A DNA stretch of 64,000 nt from an uncultured Verrucomicrobiae bacterium (GTDB taxonomy: Bacteria > Verrucomicrobiota > Verrucomicrobiia > Limisphaerales > Palsa-1400): positions 1 through 64,000 of the forward strand of contig CAVXRD010000005.1 in assembly GCA_963764165.1 (NCBI GenBank), read 5' to 3'. Made by a program: the position numbers and the translations under genes. Below, one piece after another: positions 59,376 to 64,000 of the stretch. Within the stretch, counting starts at the first letter, position 1. Each line of letters starts with the position of its first letter. The notes under the pieces are model-generated. The model was not told the DNA's origin, did no database searches, and saw only the letters and a list, made by a program, of their open reading frames with translations.

Positions 59376-59525
59376 TTGAATCAGGCACGAGCGAACTCAG
59401 GAACGGAGGCCGGTTTCGCGGGCCATGCGATGGGCAGAATGCGACTGAATGGGACATATGTTATTGAGATGCGCGCGAGACCTGCTTCAGCCTCTTTTCC
59501 TGTGTTCGGTCGTTCCTGATTAAAA
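59376..59525. repeat. MITE-like element (family B), copy 2, opposite orientation
   Basis: Same terminal IRs as 47745-47908; interior resembles the reverse complement (shared CATAT..GTCCCAT). Confidence 0.8.
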
Positions 59526-59633
59526 TAAATCCAGATTAAAATTCATTGCCCCCGTTGCGCCGACGGCGTTATGCTCGCCCGCCGTGACCGGTAGGAAAAC
59601 CAAGCCAGATTCCGTGACGCGGCCTAATTATAT

Positions 59634-61916
59634 ATGGTAGCCATGCGCCAGCGAATGATCCGCACTGCCCTTTTGTGCGCCGCCGTCGGCCTCGCTTCCG
59701 CTGCCCGGGCGGATACGATTCTTGGCTTTTCGCCCACCAATTCCGAAGCTGAGGTGAAATTGGAGAAATCCTTCCGCGCCGCGCCTGATCCGGAGAAACT
59801 GCGCGAATACATGGAGCGTTTGGCAGCGCATCCGCATCACGTCGGCTCTCCTTACGACAAGGAGAATGCCGAATGGCTTCAGGCGCAGATGAAATCGTGG
59901 GGATGGGATTCAACCATCGAAACTTTCAACGTTCTTTTCCCAACGCCCAAAACCCGCGTTTTGGAGATGGTGTCGCCCGTTCACTACGTGCCGTCGCTCA
60001 AGGAGCTGGCGCTGCCAGTGGATCCAACGACCAGTCAAGCAGACGAGCAGCTTCCGACTTACAACGCGTATTCCACCGATGGCGACGTGACCGCGCCGCT
60101 CGTTTATGTGAATTACGGTTTGCCGGAGGATTACAGGGAATTGGATCGCCTCGGCATTTCCGTCAAGGGCGCGATTGTGATTGCCAAATACGGGCGTTCC
60201 TGGCGCGGCATCAAACCAAAGGTGGCCGCCGAGCATGGCGCTGTCGGCTGTATATTATATTCCGATCCGAAGGACGACGGTTACACGGCGGGCGATGTTT
60301 TCCCGGACGGCCCGATGCGCAACACCAACGGCGTTCAGCGCGGCAGCGTGATGGATTTTCCATCCACAAGTCCGGGTGATCCCTTGACCCCGGGCTTCGG
60401 CGCGGTGGAGGGCGCGAAGCGTCTGGATCTGAAAGCTGTCCCCGGCATTACGAAAATTCCTGTCCTGCCGATTGCCAACGGCGAAGCGTGGCCGCTCCTT
60501 GCCCAGCTTAAAGGCGAGGTTGTGCCCGAGGCATGGCGCGGCTCGCTGCCGATCACCTATCACATTGGGCCGGGCCCGGCGGTGGTTCATTTGAAATTGG
60601 AATTCAATTGGGATTTGAAGCCTGTTCACGATGTCGTTTCTCGCATTGCCGGTTCGACGGCGGCGGATGAGTGGATTGTCCGCGGCAACCATGACGATGG
60701 ATGGGTGAACGGCGCTTATGATCCCATTTCCGGCCAGGTTTGTTTGCTGGAGGAAGCGCGCGAATTGGGCCGCATGGCCAAGTCGGGCTGGAAGCCGCGC
60801 CGCACGATTATTTATTGCTCGTGGGATGGCGAGGAGCCGGGGCTGCTCGGCTCAACCGAATGGGTCGAGACTCACGCTGACGAACTCCGCCAGCACGCCG
60901 TGGCTTACGTGAATTCTGACGATACCAGCCGCGGCTTTTTGTCGCTGAGCGGTTCCCATATTCTCGGAAGTTTAATCAACGGCGTTGCCAAGGAAGTCGA
61001 AGATCCCGAGACGAAACTCACGCTTTGGAAGCGCGCTCAAGCGCTGGAAATATCGCAGACAGCAAACGCCGCCGAACGCCGCGACTTGCGCGCCGGCCAC
61101 GATCTTCCGCTTGAAGCGCTTGGTTCCGGAAGTGATTATACTGCCTTCGTCGATTTTCTCGGCGTGCCATCGCTGAGCCTCGAATTTCACGGCGAAGGCG
61201 GCGATGGGGTTTACCATTCCATCTACGATGATTTTTATTGGTATACGCATTTCGCCGACACGAATTTCGCCTACGGACGCGCGCTGGCCCAAACCATCGG
61301 CACCACCGTCTTGCGCTTGGCGGATGCGGATGTCATTCCCTACGAATTTGGCGGATTAGCCAGCACAGTCACGAAATATACCGAGGATTTGCAATCGCTG
61401 CTGAAGAAGAAACAGGAGGAAATGGAGGAGCGCAAAAAGGAAATTGAGGAAGGTGTTTTCGCCGCCATTTCCGACCCGCACCATCCAAAGACCGCGCCCA
61501 AAGATGAACCAGTCCCGCCGGAACTCAATTTCGCCCCTCTTCTCAATGCGGGCAAAGCTTTGTCCGCGAGTGCCGCCCATTATGAGAAGGCGTTTGCCAA
61601 GGCGCGCCCCTATTTTGGCGAGGCGGCCAAGGCGGCGACGGTCGCTGAGCTGAATCAAATTCTCTTGCAGGCCGAGCGCCGATTGACGGACCCGGCCGGC
61701 TTGCCGCGCCGTCCGTGGTACAAGCATATGCTGTATGCGCCGGGAATTTACTCCGGCTACGGCGCGAAGACAATGCCGGGCGTGCGCGAAGGCATCGAAT
61801 TCGGGCATTACGACGAGGCGGAAAAGGAAATCGCGCGCGTGGCGAAGGTGGTCGAAGCGGAATCCGCTTTGATTGACTCGGCGACGAAGATTCTGGAACG
61901 GGTGGCTGGGCCATGA
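59634..61916 (+). CDS. M28 glutamate carboxypeptidase II-like peptidase (PA and transferrin-receptor-like dimerisation domains)
   Basis: VQRGS, GNH.D.W..GA.DP.SG, WDGEE.GL.GSTEW, GSGSDY, YHS.YD. Confidence 0.92.
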   Translation: MVAMRQRMIRTALLCAAVGLASAARADTILGFSPTNSEAEVKLEKSFRAAPDPEKLREYMERLAAHPHHVGSPYDKENAEWLQAQMKSWGWDSTIETFNVLFPTPKTRVLEMVSPVHYVPSLKELALPVDPTTSQADEQLPTYNAYSTDGDVTAPLVYVNYGLPEDYRELDRLGISVKGAIVIAKYGRSWRGIKPKVAAEHGAVGCILYSDPKDDGYTAGDVFPDGPMRNTNGVQRGSVMDFPSTSPGDPLTPGFGAVEGAKRLDLKAVPGITKIPVLPIANGEAWPLLAQLKGEVVPEAWRGSLPITYHIGPGPAVVHLKLEFNWDLKPVHDVVSRIAGSTAADEWIVRGNHDDGWVNGAYDPISGQVCLLEEARELGRMAKSGWKPRRTIIYCSWDGEEPGLLGSTEWVETHADELRQHAVAYVNSDDTSRGFLSLSGSHILGSLINGVAKEVEDPETKLTLWKRAQALEISQTANAAERRDLRAGHDLPLEALGSGSDYTAFVDFLGVPSLSLEFHGEGGDGVYHSIYDDFYWYTHFADTNFAYGRALAQTIGTTVLRLADADVIPYEFGGLASTVTKYTEDLQSLLKKKQEEMEERKKEIEEGVFAAISDPHHPKTAPKDEPVPPELNFAPLLNAGKALSASAAHYEKAFAKARPYFGEAAKAATVAELNQILLQAERRLTDPAGLPRRPWYKHMLYAPGIYSGYGAKTMPGVREGIEFGHYDEAEKEIARVAKVVEAESALIDSATKILERVAGP

Positions 61917-62029
61917 CGCGAGATTTGTGACGATTCAGCGTTGATAATTTGCGAGACGTTCCCTTATGCTGCCAAAGTCTGTGGCGCCCGGGCGCCCGCT
62001 CTCGAAACCAAGAAAAAACAGGTTCACGC

Positions 62030-63241
62030 ATGACAAAAAAACATTTGTTTGACAATGGACGCAAGACACGCGGCGGGCTTTGGCCTATTGCCGGATTGGT
62101 CTGCGCGCTACTGGTGGCCGGTTGCGGGAAGTCCAACGATGCACCCGCAGGCGGCGGAACTGCTGCTGCCGGCGCGACGGGCGGCGAGATCAAGATTGGC
62201 GAATTCGCCTCGCTCACCGGCAAGGAAGGGACCTTCGGGGTCTCCTCCCATGAAGGAACCTTGCTGGCCGTCGAGCAAATCAATGCCGCGGGCGGCGTTC
62301 TCGGCAAAAAACTGAACCTCACCACGGAAGACGATCTTTCCAAAGCGGGCGAACCCGCCACGGCTGTCAACAAGCTGATTTCCCGTGATGGCGTGGTTGC
62401 CGTCCTGGGTGAAGTCGCGTCGAGCCGCTCCTTGGAAGCCGCGCCAATTTGCCAGAGCAGCCAGATTCCGATGATTTCGCCCTCATCCACCAACCCCAAG
62501 GTGACAGCGACCGGCGATTATATTTTCCGCGTCTGTTTCATCGACCCTTTCCAGGGAACGGTGATGGCCAACTTCGCCATCAAGACTTTGAAAGCCAAGA
62601 AGGTCGCTGTTTTCATTGATGTGAAGAGCGACTACAGCATGGGCCTGGCGAAATTCTTCAAAGAAGGCTTCACCAAGGCGGGCGGAGAAATCGTTTCAGA
62701 ATTGGATTACAACGGCGGCGACAAGGATTTCAAAGCGCAATTGACGGAGATCAAGTCCAAGGGCGTCGATGCGATTTTCGTTCCTGGGTATTACACAGAT
62801 GTCGCGCTGATTTGCATTCAAGCCAAACAGCTTAGCATAACGGTGCCGCTGTTCGGTGGCGACGGCTGGGAATCTCCCGACCTTGTCAACATCGGCAAGG
62901 ACGCGGTGGAAGGGGATTATTTTTCGACGCACTACGCGCCGGAAGTGGACACGCCGCAAAGCAAGGCATTCGTCGAATCTTACAAAAAGCGTTTCAACGG
63001 CAAGGTGCCGGACGCCATGGCCGCCCTCGGCTACGACTCCGTCGCGATTCTGGCCGATGCCATGAAGCGCGCCGGGACGACCGACGGAGCGAAAGTGCGT
63101 GATGCGCTGGCGGCAACCAAGAATTTCGCCTGCGTGACGGGCGTCACGACAATCAATGCCCAACGCGATGCGACGAAACCTGCCGTGATCATGCAAGTCA
63201 AGAACGGCGGTTTCAAATACGTCGAGACCGTCAATCCCTGA
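62030..63241 (+). CDS. Branched-chain amino acid ABC transporter substrate-binding lipoprotein
   Basis: Lipobox VAGC, INAAGGVLG, FRVCFIDPFQG, DYS.GL, LGYD. Confidence 0.92.
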   Translation: MTKKHLFDNGRKTRGGLWPIAGLVCALLVAGCGKSNDAPAGGGTAAAGATGGEIKIGEFASLTGKEGTFGVSSHEGTLLAVEQINAAGGVLGKKLNLTTEDDLSKAGEPATAVNKLISRDGVVAVLGEVASSRSLEAAPICQSSQIPMISPSSTNPKVTATGDYIFRVCFIDPFQGTVMANFAIKTLKAKKVAVFIDVKSDYSMGLAKFFKEGFTKAGGEIVSELDYNGGDKDFKAQLTEIKSKGVDAIFVPGYYTDVALICIQAKQLSITVPLFGGDGWESPDLVNIGKDAVEGDYFSTHYAPEVDTPQSKAFVESYKKRFNGKVPDAMAALGYDSVAILADAMKRAGTTDGAKVRDALAATKNFACVTGVTTINAQRDATKPAVIMQVKNGGFKYVETVNP

Positions 63242-63258
63242 CGCCCGCCTGAACAAGC

Positions 63259-64000
63259 GTGACCTGGTTTCTGCAACAATCCATCAACGGGCTGGCCCTG
63301 GGTTCCATTTACGCGCTGATCGCGTTGGGATACACGATGGTTTACGGCGTGTTGCGCTTCATCAATTTCGCGCACAGCGACGTGATGATGCTCGGCGCGT
63401 TTGCCGCCTTCTTCATTTCGCCGCCGCTGGCGCATATTCTGACACCGCAATCATATCCGAGCGCTCTGGCTGTGATGGCGTTTTCGGCCCTGGCCTGCGC
63501 TGCGCTGGGAATGCTGATAGAATTTCTCGCTTATCGCCCGTTGCGAAATCGCCCCAAATTGACGGTTCTGATTACGGCCATTGGCGTATCACTTTTCATC
63601 GAGTACACCTGCCAGAACGGCAAAGTTTTCGGCAGCAACACCCGCCCGTTTCCGAAATTGATTCCTGAAAGAGATTTTCAAATCGGCGGCGTGTCGGTTA
63701 ACACGGTCGATGTGGCGGTGCTGGTCGTGACAGTTATCTTATTGACGCTGTTGTGGTGGATTGTTCAACGGACACGCGTCGGCATGGCCATGCGCGCGGT
63801 TTCCTTCAATGAGCGGGCGGCGGCGCTGATGGGCGTCAATGTAAACCGAATCATCAGCTTCACCTTTGGCCTGGGCTCAGCGCTCGCGGCGGTTGCGGGC
63901 GTTTTTTATTCGATGCGCGCGCAAGGCATAGAGCCTCTGATGGGCGTGCAGCCGGGCTTGCGCGCGTTCACGGCGGCGGTCGTCGGCGGCATCGGGAATC
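63259..64000 (+). CDS. Branched-chain amino acid ABC permease (LivH-like), 3'-truncated by the window
   Basis: QQ.INGLALGSIYALIALGYTMVYGVLRFINFAH, G.AMRAVS; GTG start; absent from the ORF track because no stop is reached. Confidence 0.92.
   Translation, partial: MTWFLQQSINGLALGSIYALIALGYTMVYGVLRFINFAHSDVMMLGAFAAFFISPPLAHILTPQSYPSALAVMAFSALACAALGMLIEFLAYRPLRNRPKLTVLITAIGVSLFIEYTCQNGKVFGSNTRPFPKLIPERDFQIGGVSVNTVDVAVLVVTVILLTLLWWIVQRTRVGMAMRAVSFNERAAALMGVNVNRIISFTFGLGSALAAVAGVFYSMRAQGIEPLMGVQPGLRAFTAAVVGGIGN

Overview
GC-rich bacterial chromosomal window, most likely Verrucomicrobiota (Pedosphaera-like; inferred from gene content and C-terminal 'S/T-x-DL/NL-xxW...FYR' exported proteins). The first ~2.36 kb looks like the right end of an island integrated in a tRNA-Thr gene. 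About 2.4-38 kb is mostly core genes: manC, trpA, atpDC, GDP-heptose genes, ffh, an EmrAB-OMF pump, waaA, zwf, an HNH nuclease, a fucose-isomerase-like protein, an orphan GspE ATPase, an HpnI-like glycosyltransferase and a kinase/HD-GYP pair, plus an IS4. A sigma54-type operon at 39-47.6 kb runs fliW, csrA, a flagellin-C-terminus-only mini-protein, a methyltransferase and a ~2000-aa five-domain glycosyltransferase. At 49.8-57.3 kb is an accessory hotspot where repeat-delimited cassettes carry three TA-like pairs (second gene broken in each), a Y1 transposase lacking its catalytic Tyr, and an AT-rich SIR2-like + DUF4062 gene pair that is a candidate uncharacterised anti-phage system. Several REP/MITE families are present and REPs have repeatedly been used as insertion targets. 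No rRNA, complete tRNA or CRISPR array was found. All family calls are from motif recognition by eye; no database searches were run.
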